A stretch of DNA of 64,000 nucleotides, taken from assembly GCA_965248265.1 (NCBI GenBank), contig CBDFJF010000001.1:192001-256000 (forward strand), written 5' to 3'. Source of the stretch: Candidatus Latescibacterota bacterium. GTDB lineage: Bacteria; Latescibacterota; UBA2968; UBA8231. Positions 28,507 through 38,605 of this stretch are shown in pieces; position 1 is the stretch's first letter; the number at the start of each line of letters is the position of its first letter. Position numbers and translations under genes: made by a program. Under the pieces are notes generated by a model. The model had not been told where the DNA came from and did no database searches. It was given only the letters and a program-made list of their open reading frames with translations.

Positions 28507-30939
28507 TCAATTCTGCTGGAAGCCCACACTCAGGGTGACACCGAACTGGCGAGGATCGCCGTGGGCGATGTACCTCGTATCTCCGACTTCAGCACGCGGA
28601 TCATTGTCGAAGAAGAACCCGCGCACGGCGTAGCGTTCATCGAGCAGATTTCTTCCCCAGGCGGCGATGGTCCAGCTCTTCCAGTCAAACCCCAGCCTCC
28701 CGTTGAGGAGCTGATAGGCCTCGGATTTCTGGTCGTGACTGCCGGAGAAATAGAACTCGTCGACGGCAGAAAGCTCCAGTCGACAGAAAAGGCCGCTCCG
28801 GTCTCTGTATTCACCTCCGATTCGAGCGGTGTATTCCGGTGCGTGCGCAGCTGCACGGTCTCCTCTCGTTTTCTTTCCGTCTTCGGTCTCGTACGCGTCG
28901 ACATGCGTGTTCAGGTAACCGAGGGCGCCGAAAAAGCGAATTCCGTTGACCGGACTGTAGGTCTGCTCCAGCTCCAGACCGCTGTTCCGCCCACCCTCTG
29001 CATTGGCGATGAAGAAGAAGAAGCTGTTCGGGTCATTGGGATCCCGCTGGCTGGACAGATCCACCTGCTGCCCGGTGCGCAGCGAGTGAAAGAGCGTCAG
29101 GACTGTACTGGTTCGCGCACCCAATGAACGGAGACCCGCCTCCATGTTCAGGATGTATTCTGGATCGAAAGGCCGGCTGCCCGCAACGAGATGGGGGTGC
29201 TGATTCACCCCTCCCGCCTTGTAACCCCGAGACACGGCCGCGTATACACTGCGATCTGTGGACAGGTTGTACTGCAGGGCGAACCTGCCGCCGAGCAACG
29301 CGTCGTCGACATCGAAGTTGACCGCCGTTCCTCCGGGATTCGTGATTCCGGTGTACGAAGTGGATTGCCGGTCCAGTCGCGCGTTCACAGTGGCGGACAG
29401 CTTGCTCGTCAACTCCAGTCCGTATTGGCCATAGAGGGCCACATCGGTCATGTCGAAGGTGCTGGTCAAGGCATCCGCGTCGCCGCCAAACAGGTAGCCG
29501 TTACGCTGGTCTGACTCCTCCATGCTCTTGAAGTATGCGCCGACGACGAAGTCGTCGCTCCCGGTGACCACACGACTCTTAAACAGACGCAACTCCTGCG
29601 AGAGAGTCTGTCGGTCTCTGAGCGTGCGGTCGCTGAAATCGTAGTTCCACCCCTCGGTCTCGGGGTCGAAGTTGTACGGATCGGCAAGCCAAAAGCTGTC
29701 GTTCCCCCAGTCCCCATCGAAGCTGTGCTCCAGTTCGGTATCCGAGTAGGTCGTGATCGACACCAGATCGACTCCGGGTTTCTCGAGTGGCAATCCACCC
29801 CTCAGAGACACAGCGGAGGTCAACTGGCGGTCCTTTCCCGGATTGTCCGAATAGGTAATCAGATCCTCGTTGTTGTCGGGGGCCCAGGCGTCGAAGCTGT
29901 TGTCGGCATCTGCACGGAAAAGAGTGCCGACCCAGGTCATGCCGCTCGCCTTCTGGTAGCGGACCTTCGCGCGCACGAGATTCTCACGCCGTCGATTGGT
30001 GTCATCGCGACCCAGAAAGACGTTGTCCCTGAAGCCGTTCGCACGCGCGTCGTGAAAACTGAAGCGCACGGCGATCTCATCACTCACGGGTAGATTCATG
30101 CTGCCGCTGTATCGGAGCAGAGCATCGTTTCCGGCAGCCAGCGAGACGGTCTGCTGCGCTTGCCCAGGATCTGCCGATTGCATGTTGATCAACCCGGCCA
30201 TGGCGTTGGGTCCGAACGACGACGACTGCGGACCTTTGAAGACTTCGATCTGGTCCACGTCGGCCAGCATCGCTGCCATTCCAATGCCACTCAAGTCCAC
30301 GTCGTCCATGACAAAGCCGACGGAGAAATTGGGTGGCCCCTCTTCGGCGTAATGGCTGCGCTCACCGATGCCGCGCACCTGGAAGTAACGCGCGCGCGAC
30401 GTACTGCCGGCCCAGTTAAGGTTCGGGACAGACGGCACCAGATCCTGAAAGTGGCCGGCTTCCAAAGAGGCGATCTCATCCGCCTGCAGTACCGTGACGC
30501 TCGCCGGCACATCGGCCAGGTCCTCTTCGACCAGACCGCCCGTAACTCTGACCGCCGGCACGGCAAGAGCTCGGGGCTCTAGTCGGATGACCATGGATTC
30601 GGCAGACACCGCAATTTTGACGGACCGGTAGCCGATATGGGACACAGTGATCGAATCACTTTCGGTCGCGACACCGATCTCGAAACGACCGAAATGGTCA
30701 GTCGCCACCCCGCTGCCATCACTGCGGACAACGTTGGCGTTGACGAGTGCCTGATCCGTGATCGCATCGAGAACGCTGCCGCCGACCGTGATGGACGCAC
30801 CCGCGCCCGATCCCGGGATCAGCAGCAAAGCCGCCATCATCAGGAGTGAATTCGGGATGATTCCTCGCATCCTGGCGAGTTTCGTTCGCGGGTGCACGAG
30901 GACCGCTCGCACATTCGCGCTGAGCCTTCTGCTGCTCAT
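28507..30939 (-). CDS. TonB-dependent receptor, probably for thiamine
   Basis: N-terminal carboxypeptidase-reg-like domain, plug RYFQVRGIGE, EVFKGPQS, WGRNLLDERY; downstream of a TPP riboswitch; RBS AAGGAG before ATG 30939. Confidence 0.9.
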   Translation of the reverse strand: MSSRRLSANVRAVLVHPRTKLARMRGIIPNSLLMMAALLLIPGSGAGASITVGGSVLDAITDQALVNANVVRSDGSGVATDHFGRFEIGVATESDSITVSHIGYRSVKIAVSAESMVIRLEPRALAVPAVRVTGGLVEEDLADVPASVTVLQADEIASLEAGHFQDLVPSVPNLNWAGSTSRARYFQVRGIGERSHYAEEGPPNFSVGFVMDDVDLSGIGMAAMLADVDQIEVFKGPQSSSFGPNAMAGLINMQSADPGQAQQTVSLAAGNDALLRYSGSMNLPVSDEIAVRFSFHDARANGFRDNVFLGRDDTNRRRENLVRAKVRYQKASGMTWVGTLFRADADNSFDAWAPDNNEDLITYSDNPGKDRQLTSAVSLRGGLPLEKPGVDLVSITTYSDTELEHSFDGDWGNDSFWLADPYNFDPETEGWNYDFSDRTLRDRQTLSQELRLFKSRVVTGSDDFVVGAYFKSMEESDQRNGYLFGGDADALTSTFDMTDVALYGQYGLELTSKLSATVNARLDRQSTSYTGITNPGGTAVNFDVDDALLGGRFALQYNLSTDRSVYAAVSRGYKAGGVNQHPHLVAGSRPFDPEYILNMEAGLRSLGARTSTVLTLFHSLRTGQQVDLSSQRDPNDPNSFFFFIANAEGGRNSGLELEQTYSPVNGIRFFGALGYLNTHVDAYETEDGKKTRGDRAAAHAPEYTARIGGEYRDRSGLFCRLELSAVDEFYFSGSHDQKSEAYQLLNGRLGFDWKSWTIAAWGRNLLDERYAVRGFFFDNDPRAEVGDTRYIAHGDPRQFGVTLSVGFQQN

Positions 30940-30960
30940 GCTCTCTCCTTCCCGTGTCAC

Positions 30961-30998
30961 AAAAAAAGACCGTCTCTCCCTACGCAGGAGAAACGGCC
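30961..30998 (-). terminator. Intrinsic terminator of the TPP riboswitch expression platform
   Basis: Minus strand GGCCGTTTCTCC-loop-GGAGAGACGGTC followed by T7. Confidence 0.75.
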
Positions 30999-31029
30999 CG
31001 TGCACGTGCTCGGTACGTGCGCTCGTGCA

Positions 31030-31118
31030 GTTCCGTGTTCCCTACGCTGGCATCATCCAGTTCAGGTTCGAAGGGTGTACGATCTCAGGCTCGCGATGCG
31101 AGCCACCCCCAACGGAAA
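31030..31118 (-). ncRNA. TPP riboswitch (THI element)
   Basis: Minus strand GGGGTG...CTGAGA...ACCCTTCGAACCTGAACTGGATGATGCCAGCGTAGGGAA. Confidence 0.95.
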
Positions 31119-31162
31119 CTATTATTTGCTGTGAATATACCCCGGCGCGCCTGCCCCGGCAA

Positions 31163-32500
31163 TCAGCCCAGTTTTTCCAGCACGCTGCCCATCGCCTTTA
31201 CAAGCCCGTCTATGTGTTCGGTCTCCATCGGCAGGGAGATGCCATTCATGCCCATGGCGTAGCACATGTTGAAGCCCTGTTCCAGCAACATCAGGTAAGA
31301 CGGCATGACCAGCTCCTTGTTGGCCCCCGACATGACGCGGTAATTGAGCAACTTCTCGGTAGTAAAGTGAATGCTGAAAATCGGCCCATTATGGACTGCC
31401 TGGGCCGGAAAACCGGCATCCTTGAACAGTGTGTTGAGTCCCGAGCACAGACGAACCCCCAGGCCTTCAAGGTGAGCGAACGCCGCCTCATCCAACACCG
31501 TGAGCGTTGCCAGGCCGGCGGCCATCGTCACCGGGTGTCCGGAGTAGGTCCCACTCTGAGAGAAGCCGGTGGCCCCCTTGCTCATATCAAAGCGCTCCAT
31601 GAGATCGGCTCGTCCCCCAAAGGCCCCGACCGGAAACCCACCGCCGATGATCTTGCCGAAGGAAGTGAGATCCGGCTTGACTCCAAAGCCGGTCTGCAAG
31701 CCACCGACACCGGTCCCGAACCCGACGATCTCATCGAATACCATCAGGATGTCGTTGTCTGCAGTTGCCTGGCGCACGAACTGGACGAACTCCGGTCGCT
31801 GCGGCATGATGCCGGCCTTGGGATCGAACATGACGCAGGCCAACTCGTCCCTGTGTTGCTCGATCAAGCGCTCAACCGACTCGGGGTCGTTGTACGGCAG
31901 AATGATCGCCTCCTCGACGGCGCGCGGAACGATACCCTTTGACTGTGCAACCGCCGTCGGCGCCGTCGCCGGCCCGGCCTGGTCCAACGGCGGCCCGACG
32001 CTGATTTCCACCGCGTCGTGCTGACCGTGATACCCACCCTCGAACTTGGCGATCTTGCGGCGTCCGGTGATGCCACGAGCCAGACGGACCAAATGCAGAG
32101 TGGCCTCAGTCCCAGAATTAGTGAAACGGACACTCTCCACGGACGACACTCGCCGGCAGATTTCAGCCGCCAACTCCGCCTCTGTTCCCACAGGAGCGCC
32201 CAACACAATTCCCTTCGTCAGCTGCTCCTCGACAGCCGCCATCACACTAGGATTCCGATGCCCTATGATTTGCCCCGTGTGGTGGTTGACGAAGTCGACG
32301 AACCGCCGGCCATCCACGTCCCACACGTGGCAACCCTCTCCTCTGTCCATCGAAAGCGGGTAGGGCTTGTGGTAGTAGGCTCCCTTTGCCGCACCCGGCA
32401 TTACCTCGGCCGCCTGCTCGAACATCTGGCATGATCGGGGACTCGAAGCGATATAGCTTTTTTCCAACTCTGATGAGAGCCGGGCGATGTCCTTGGTCAT
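31163..32500 (-). CDS. Class III aminotransferase, glutamate-1-semialdehyde aminomutase-like
   Basis: FTNSGTEAT, KFEGGYHG, FDEIV, GKIIGGGFPVGAFGG. Confidence 0.88.
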   Translation of the reverse strand: MTKDIARLSSELEKSYIASSPRSCQMFEQAAEVMPGAAKGAYYHKPYPLSMDRGEGCHVWDVDGRRFVDFVNHHTGQIIGHRNPSVMAAVEEQLTKGIVLGAPVGTEAELAAEICRRVSSVESVRFTNSGTEATLHLVRLARGITGRRKIAKFEGGYHGQHDAVEISVGPPLDQAGPATAPTAVAQSKGIVPRAVEEAIILPYNDPESVERLIEQHRDELACVMFDPKAGIMPQRPEFVQFVRQATADNDILMVFDEIVGFGTGVGGLQTGFGVKPDLTSFGKIIGGGFPVGAFGGRADLMERFDMSKGATGFSQSGTYSGHPVTMAAGLATLTVLDEAAFAHLEGLGVRLCSGLNTLFKDAGFPAQAVHNGPIFSIHFTTEKLLNYRVMSGANKELVMPSYLMLLEQGFNMCYAMGMNGISLPMETEHIDGLVKAMGSVLEKLG

Positions 32501-32515
32501 TTACCTCTTCTCCGG

Positions 32516-33535
32516 TTAGCTCTGGGTGTCGATCAACACCTTCATGATGTCCCCGCCCGACTCCATCTCCTCGAACACTCCTTGCAGGGCATCCAACCCT
32601 CGATGCTCCGTGATCAGCGTGTCCACAGGCAGCGCGCCCTGTTGTGCCAGCTTTATTGCACGTTCGAAATCTTCGTGTTCGTACACCCGCACGCCGTACA
32701 ACTGCAGCTCCCGCAAGAAGAACTGCAATAAATCGATCGTTGGCGCTTCGGCGAATATAGCCACGATTACGGCCCGGCCTCGCGTGCGCAGCAGTTTCGT
32801 CATAACGCTGGCACCCGCCTGGGTACCCGAAACCTCGAAGACGACGTCGGCACCGCCACCGCCCGTGCGCTCTTCAACCGCCGTTACCAGATCCTGCTCT
32901 TTGGGATTCACCACCTCGAACCCGAGATCACGGGCGAACTGCACACGAAATGGATTGACCTCCGAAACCAACACGTTGGCGCCGGCGTTGCGTGCCACCA
33001 ATGACACGATCGTGCCGATCGGGCCCGCGCCGATGACGACGGCTTCTTCACCAGGCTGCAGCCCGGCCAGACGAATGTCATGACAGGCCACCGCCAGCGG
33101 TTCAATCAAGGCCGCCTGTTCGAAGGACAGTTCAGCCGGTAACAGATGGAGGGTATGAGCGGGCACCGTCCACGACGATTGGAATGCTCCTGGCGAGTCG
33201 ATGCCGATGAAGTTGAGCTTCTGGCAGATGTGCCCGTGCCCCCGCATACAGGCAGGACAGGTGCCGCAAGAATCGATCGGCCGCACCACCACCCGTTGTC
33301 CTCTCTCCCAGTCATCGGACCCGGGTCCGATATCGACGATAGTCCCCGACATTTCATGACCCATGACGTGGGGTCGCGGCACGCGCGCATCCATGTGCCC
33401 CTGGAAAACGTGGAGATCCGTACCACAGACGCCGCAGAAGGCTACCTCGATCTGGACTTCACCGGCGGCCGGCGGGCGAGGGACGCAATCTCCCACCCGT
33501 AACGAACGTTGACCCTCGTAGTATGCTGCTTTCAT
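32516..33535 (-). CDS. Zn-dependent alcohol dehydrogenase
   Basis: CGVCGTDLH, MGHE, CGTCPAC..C, GAGPIG. Confidence 0.92.
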   Translation of the reverse strand: MKAAYYEGQRSLRVGDCVPRPPAAGEVQIEVAFCGVCGTDLHVFQGHMDARVPRPHVMGHEMSGTIVDIGPGSDDWERGQRVVVRPIDSCGTCPACMRGHGHICQKLNFIGIDSPGAFQSSWTVPAHTLHLLPAELSFEQAALIEPLAVACHDIRLAGLQPGEEAVVIGAGPIGTIVSLVARNAGANVLVSEVNPFRVQFARDLGFEVVNPKEQDLVTAVEERTGGGGADVVFEVSGTQAGASVMTKLLRTRGRAVIVAIFAEAPTIDLLQFFLRELQLYGVRVYEHEDFERAIKLAQQGALPVDTLITEHRGLDALQGVFEEMESGGDIMKVLIDTQS

Positions 33536-33568
33536 GGATGAGGTGATTTCAGTTTCTGTGTTGGCAAC

Positions 33569-33781
33569 AAAAAGGGGGCCGACGCTTCTCACAGCAGCCA
33601 AAGCCCTGAAAGAGTCGAGACCCCCATTTTGGAGTTGCAACCGAACAGGGGGAGAAAAAGAGTTCCTGCTCGGCACGGCTTACGGTACGAGGCGAATCCT
33701 ACCGCAAACCCGATCTCGCCACAGGGAGTTCCCGTCGTTGCCGTCGGGAAATGACGCGATCCGCGGAACGCGATCCGCGTC
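33569..33781 (-). ncRNA. Candidate ~210-nt structured RNA (sRNA or attenuator leader), family not recognised
   Basis: Promoter TTGACA-N17-TACGGT (33814-33786); GCAA-capped hairpin; stems with G-U pairs on this strand; terminal long hairpin plus U5. Confidence 0.55.
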
Positions 33782-33832
33782 CAGAACCGTACACCCGCGG
33801 GGTCGGGCTGTCAAGACTTAGATCGGGGTATA

Positions 33833-33918
33833 TAAAATAAGGGCCGATAGGATCGCCTCTGTCCTACCAGCCCTCAAACAACGCTCGCGCACCGGATCGA
33901 GCGTGACTGAAAAGTGAT
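33833..33918 (-). ncRNA. Candidate ~85-nt sRNA
   Basis: Promoter TTGACA-N17-TAGTAT (33953-33925); CGCTCG/CGAGCG hairpin; 14-bp terminator stem followed by ATTTT. Confidence 0.5.
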
Positions 33919-34123
33919 GTGTCAATACTACTTGGTTGGTGAAATCCTGTCAAGCAAAAATCTAGGCCTAGACCTTGTTTTTTATGCTAGTTGTACTCAC
34001 ATGGGCATCTCGCGTATGCGGCTCTGTACAGGATTCTCCGGGTCGCCGGGAACCGCATCCAGCCGTAGATTATTCCGCCCGATAATTGACCCGTTCTCTT
34101 ATTTTTCAGGAAGTGACACGGAA

Positions 34124-35122
34124 ATGGCCAATCAGAGCAGCGAGCGCTATCTGGTGACCGGCGCCATGGGATGCGTTGGAGCCTGGGCGATCAAACGCCT
34201 GCTTGATGAAGAATTGCATGTCTCGTCCTACGATCTGTCCGCAGACCGCTACAGACTCGAGACCATCATGGATGATGACGCCATTGCCTCCATCAACTTC
34301 ATTTCCGGCGACATCACCGATCTCGATGCGTTTTCGAGAGCGGTTAACGACAACGATATCACCCATATCCTCCATCTGGCGGCCATGCAGGTTCCGTTGG
34401 TGCGTGCCGATCCGGTACTCGGGGCACGCGTGAACCTGGTTGGCACCACCGTCGTGTTCGAAACGGCCAGGCAACTCCAGGAACTGGTGCAAAACGTCGT
34501 GTTCGCCAGTTCGTTCGGCGTCTACGGCGAGCCGGAGGCCTATCCACCTGGACCACTGGCACACGATGCCAAGCTGTTGCCGCCCACCCTCTACGGCGTG
34601 TTCAAGCAATGCAACGAAGGCACCGCGAGTGTGTACTGGCGCGAGAACGCCCTCCACAGCACTGGGATACGGCCATGCGTCGTCTATGGTCCAGGCCGCG
34701 ATCAAGGCTGGACTTCGACACCTACCAAAGCAATGCTGGCAGCTGCCCTCGGCCGGCCATACCACATCACCTACGGTGGCACCCTCGTCTATCACCATGC
34801 CGATGATGTTGCCGCCGCCTTGATCACGGCGTCCAGAACCAGGCTCGAAGGCGCCCCCGTGTTCAACATCGGCGGCAGCACCGTGTCCATGGAAGAGATC
34901 GTCGCCGCCATCGACGAGGTCGTGCCGGGATCCGCCGCCTCCATCAGCTTCGACCCGACACCGCTACCGCATCCTTCCAGCGCCGATGACAGCGCCCTCA
35001 ACCAGGCCCTCGGCCCGCTCGCCTACCGACCGTTGGTCCAGGGCGTTCGCGACACCATCGCCACCTTTCGCAAGGCCATCGACAGAGGCCGCCTCGATAT
35101 CGAGCGTGCCCTCAGGGCCTAG
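34124..35122 (+). CDS. NAD-dependent epimerase/dehydratase
   Basis: VTGAMGCVG, HLAA, YGVFK, VYGPGRD. Confidence 0.9.
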   Translation: MANQSSERYLVTGAMGCVGAWAIKRLLDEELHVSSYDLSADRYRLETIMDDDAIASINFISGDITDLDAFSRAVNDNDITHILHLAAMQVPLVRADPVLGARVNLVGTTVVFETARQLQELVQNVVFASSFGVYGEPEAYPPGPLAHDAKLLPPTLYGVFKQCNEGTASVYWRENALHSTGIRPCVVYGPGRDQGWTSTPTKAMLAAALGRPYHITYGGTLVYHHADDVAAALITASRTRLEGAPVFNIGGSTVSMEEIVAAIDEVVPGSAASISFDPTPLPHPSSADDSALNQALGPLAYRPLVQGVRDTIATFRKAIDRGRLDIERALRA

Positions 35123-37559
35123 CGATCGAGTCTCCACCATGGCGGGCGTCGCCAGCGGCCATCTGTGAAACGGATTCGAGCAGTTGCTGCCGCGTTCGAG
35201 TAAACCGCTCTGGATCGCGAGTGAAACCGGTGACCCCTTGACCCACCACTTCGTCACAGAGCCGATCCGCGCGCCCGGCATCATGGCCGGCCAACATTCG
35301 CAGTAACTCCAGATCTTCGATCCCATCCCTGATGTTTTCCAGCCGTATGCTCGTCAGGGGTCCGTCAGGACCGGGGTACAACAGGCAACCGTCGCCGTTG
35401 GCCGTGCCGAAGGAGGCTGGGTTCCACCCCCCCACCTTGTTGCCCCGTTCCGGCGACTGCAGCGGCCGTTCATTTCCGGGCCAGCGATTCAGCGTGTAGT
35501 AGAGGAAGCCGTCCACCCGCTGGCGATGCGACATCCACCACAACAGCCGCGCCTCCAGCGCCGGGTACTCGATGAACCAGTTCGCGTGCGGATGGGTCGG
35601 CGCGATGCAGATGTACCACCACACCTGTGCGCCCGCGGCGCGGGCAGCGGTGGCGGCAGCGGGATCGTGGTGGGCAGTCAAGGGGACCCATACATCGACG
35701 ACCTCGTCCAGGCCTGTATCCATACCGAGGCTGGGATCAGCCGCCGTCGTCGCCGTCTTCAACCCGGGATAGCGCTGCTTGAAAAAAGCGAAGACCTCCT
35801 TCAGTTCGGAGAACTCGTCAACGCGCGCTTCATCAAAACCGTACAGAAGCGCCTGCGGCAACAATCCGAGGCGATCGTACTCGTTGACGTAGGGGGCGAG
35901 GGTTTCGGCGATCTTGTCTAATTCTTCGGCGTCATACTCCCTATCTCCCTCCACGTGCAGTGCCACGAAACGGTTGAGTTGGCCACGCTCGCGCGATGCC
36001 AACAAAACCTCCGGGGCAGGGGGCGTACCGGCGTAGATATTCGTCGCATTGAGACGGTGCGCTCCAATAAACTGCCGATAGAGGGGCAGTAGCTTTTCAG
36101 CATGGCTGTCACCATACACTTGCGACAGCGAGCTCTCGTAGAAGGAGAACGCCGTCTGTACGGTCGTGACAGCGGGTACGGCGACCGGGTACACATGCAC
36201 CTCAAGCGGTATGGCGAGTACGTCCGATCGTCCGTCGACGTGCACCTGGATCTCGCCTCGGTAAAAACCGGGTCGCTGAGTTATCGCTGACTCCAGCGCG
36301 ATCCACACTGGCGCATTCTCGCCCGGCTCGACGATAAGGCGAGCGCCAGGCACCAGCGGATCAGGCCACCATCCGCTGTAGTCGACGTTGTATTCCTCCG
36401 GTTCGTGCGCATCCACGTACAGCACCCGGCTCACGGATATCGCTCCCTCCGCAAACACGGCGCCCCCGTCGACGTGCTCGATGGCTCCGACGGTGACGTC
36501 GATGCCGGCGAGTGTGTCCTTCGTGCGGAACACCACTTGAAAGGCCTCCGTCTCGCCCTGACCCATGGCCAGCTGCAGCGCAGTCTCCCCGGATTCTGTT
36601 TTGCCCGGTTTGAATACAGCCCGGTCCGCTGCCGGGAGGTCGTGCAGGAGCACCTTGCGTGTAGAGGGCTCCGCCCACCCCACTATCGAAGAGAATCCCT
36701 CACCGGGTCCGTCAGCACTGTCCACGAATAGTGACCCGAGGGAGCGCACGGTGGTGGAGCCGTGATGCCCGAGCAGGCGCAGGGTAACGGTGTGGCGTCC
36801 AGGAACAGACGTTGACAGTACTTCGCGCAGATGCAGCCTGGTACCGTTGCCGGTGTATGTGGCAACTACGTGCCCGGCTGTATCAGTGACGGCAACACGC
36901 CACGATGCCCGCTTGTTGAAACGGGCTCTGACCACCAGGCTGCCGTGCTGGAAGGGATCGGTAGTGAGTGCGGCTTCTTCAAGGGCGACCGACGCCGCCT
37001 CCAACCGCAAGTCATCGAGATCGATTTCGTAATCCGCCGACGGTTGGCTCATGTAGAAATCGACTCGTCGCACGTGTTCGGTGTCGATGTCGTCCGCCAA
37101 GCCCGCCAGTGAAATCTCGCAGGTACCCCACTTATTTGATTCGATCGGAATGATGCGGATGGCCCGGCGGCCGTCACCATCGTCGATGCGCAATTTCAGG
37201 TGGACGACCCTCGGGTGGCGGGCTCGGGCCTCGAAGCGCAGGACCGAATAGAGGCTCCAATCGCTGGTGCGGAACTGCCCGTCACCATGCTCCAGGATCA
37301 CTGCCGGCCACTTGCCTCGCCATGGCGACCACCGCGGGTACACCAGACGGGCAGCCCGTGCCGAGCCAGCAGGATCCGGAGACTGGCGGTCGAACACATT
37401 GAACTCGGCCTGACGCGCTGACCAGTCATCGTCAGCGTCGTGCCTTTCGAAGTCCTCGAGAACTACGGATGCCACTCGCTGATCGCTGCTGCCGGCGCTC
37501 GCCGTCCCAAAACCGAGCAGGAAGACAGCGCCAGTGGCGAGCGCGTTCGGCAGGTTCAC
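35112..37559 (-). CDS. Secreted DUF4091/GH123-like glycoside hydrolase with N-terminal binding domain
   Basis: GETEAFQV, WWPDPL, YGFDE, WWYIC, GDGCLLYPG, SIRLENIRDGIED. Confidence 0.8.
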   Translation of the reverse strand: MNLPNALATGAVFLLGFGTASAGSSDQRVASVVLEDFERHDADDDWSARQAEFNVFDRQSPDPAGSARAARLVYPRWSPWRGKWPAVILEHGDGQFRTSDWSLYSVLRFEARARHPRVVHLKLRIDDGDGRRAIRIIPIESNKWGTCEISLAGLADDIDTEHVRRVDFYMSQPSADYEIDLDDLRLEAASVALEEAALTTDPFQHGSLVVRARFNKRASWRVAVTDTAGHVVATYTGNGTRLHLREVLSTSVPGRHTVTLRLLGHHGSTTVRSLGSLFVDSADGPGEGFSSIVGWAEPSTRKVLLHDLPAADRAVFKPGKTESGETALQLAMGQGETEAFQVVFRTKDTLAGIDVTVGAIEHVDGGAVFAEGAISVSRVLYVDAHEPEEYNVDYSGWWPDPLVPGARLIVEPGENAPVWIALESAITQRPGFYRGEIQVHVDGRSDVLAIPLEVHVYPVAVPAVTTVQTAFSFYESSLSQVYGDSHAEKLLPLYRQFIGAHRLNATNIYAGTPPAPEVLLASRERGQLNRFVALHVEGDREYDAEELDKIAETLAPYVNEYDRLGLLPQALLYGFDEARVDEFSELKEVFAFFKQRYPGLKTATTAADPSLGMDTGLDEVVDVWVPLTAHHDPAAATAARAAGAQVWWYICIAPTHPHANWFIEYPALEARLLWWMSHRQRVDGFLYYTLNRWPGNERPLQSPERGNKVGGWNPASFGTANGDGCLLYPGPDGPLTSIRLENIRDGIEDLELLRMLAGHDAGRADRLCDEVVGQGVTGFTRDPERFTRTRQQLLESVSQMAAGDARHGGDSIARP

Positions 37560-38560
37560 CGAATCGCGATAGGTCTACCCGGTGAACCCGTCGCCCCTCG
37601 GAAACGAATCGGCGTGAAGACGAAGAGGAACTCGTAGACCTCGTCCGCAACCAGGTCGTCGAAGCGCATGTTTTCGAGGTTCCAGATGCCGTTCTTCGGG
37701 ATGAGCTCGACATGAACGGGAATCTCCGTCAGTTCGCTCAGAACCTCCGTCCCCCATTGGTCGGAACCGATCATGGAGGCGTTGCGCTCGACGATCCATT
37801 TCGCCACCCCGAAGCCGATTCCGGGCGGGTTGGTGTTGTATTTCTCAGCGTCGGTCCAGTACTTCGACCAGCCATAGCGAAAGAACAGCGCGTCACCGTC
37901 TTCGATGTCGTCCTCTCTCATACCCTGTCTCTTCAGCGCCGCACGCACATCGGCGACCGTCACCTCATAGCCATGATCGAGGGCCTCGACTCCCTTCTGA
38001 CCGGCGATGTCGATGAGGATGCCACGGGTCAGATAGGGTTTGATGTGCTCCATGCCGAGCTTTTGCAAACCATAAGTCCCGGCACCTTTGGCGTGCATAT
38101 CAGTCCGCGTATACCCGTTGTAGAACACGTCTTCGACCTGTCCATCGGCCATGGTGACCTGCACCCCGATATGACCGGGACCGTCGAACTGGGTGCCGAT
38201 CTGACCGATTTCACCGCACAGAAACTCATCGTGGTAGACCCAGTTGTCCGCACCGAACGGCCCACCGGAAGGTGACCCCGGAATCGTCAGCGCGTAGGTC
38301 CGGTTGCCAAACAACGGCATGTTGTGATCGTAGATTTGTCCCAGCTCATAGACGTTGCCCTTTTCCACCAGCTTCAGCGAGGCGACGATCTTTTCCGGGG
38401 TTATCCAATTCGAGGCTCCCGCTTGATCGCCAGCTCCCCAAAGGGCGTGCGGCCACCACGGACCCTTTTCCGCCGTTTGCGCCGGCGTCAGGGATGGGCA
38501 AGCCAGCAACATGACGACGAACATCGAAACGATTCTGAGTATGGCAGAGGATCGAGTCAT
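37556..38560 (-). CDS. Cyclase (kynurenine formamidase-like) family protein, secreted
   Basis: WGAGDQAGASN, GTQFDGPGHIG, TRGILIDI, GATGSPGRPIA. Confidence 0.85.
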   Translation of the reverse strand: MTRSSAILRIVSMFVVMLLACPSLTPAQTAEKGPWWPHALWGAGDQAGASNWITPEKIVASLKLVEKGNVYELGQIYDHNMPLFGNRTYALTIPGSPSGGPFGADNWVYHDEFLCGEIGQIGTQFDGPGHIGVQVTMADGQVEDVFYNGYTRTDMHAKGAGTYGLQKLGMEHIKPYLTRGILIDIAGQKGVEALDHGYEVTVADVRAALKRQGMREDDIEDGDALFFRYGWSKYWTDAEKYNTNPPGIGFGVAKWIVERNASMIGSDQWGTEVLSELTEIPVHVELIPKNGIWNLENMRFDDLVADEVYEFLFVFTPIRFRGATGSPGRPIAIR

Positions 38561-38605
38561 CTTTCCGTAACCTCCTGCAATTTGGGGATCGGACTTCAGT
38601 TGCGC

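Noticed and set aside
31163-32500. Gene symbol hemL
   Set aside because: Family motifs match but N-terminal residues diverge and no tetrapyrrole context is present; a paralog is likely.
33569-33781. Assignment as 6S, SRP, T-box, glycine or cobalamin riboswitch
   Set aside because: Diagnostic motifs of these families are absent; kept only as an unclassified RNA candidate.
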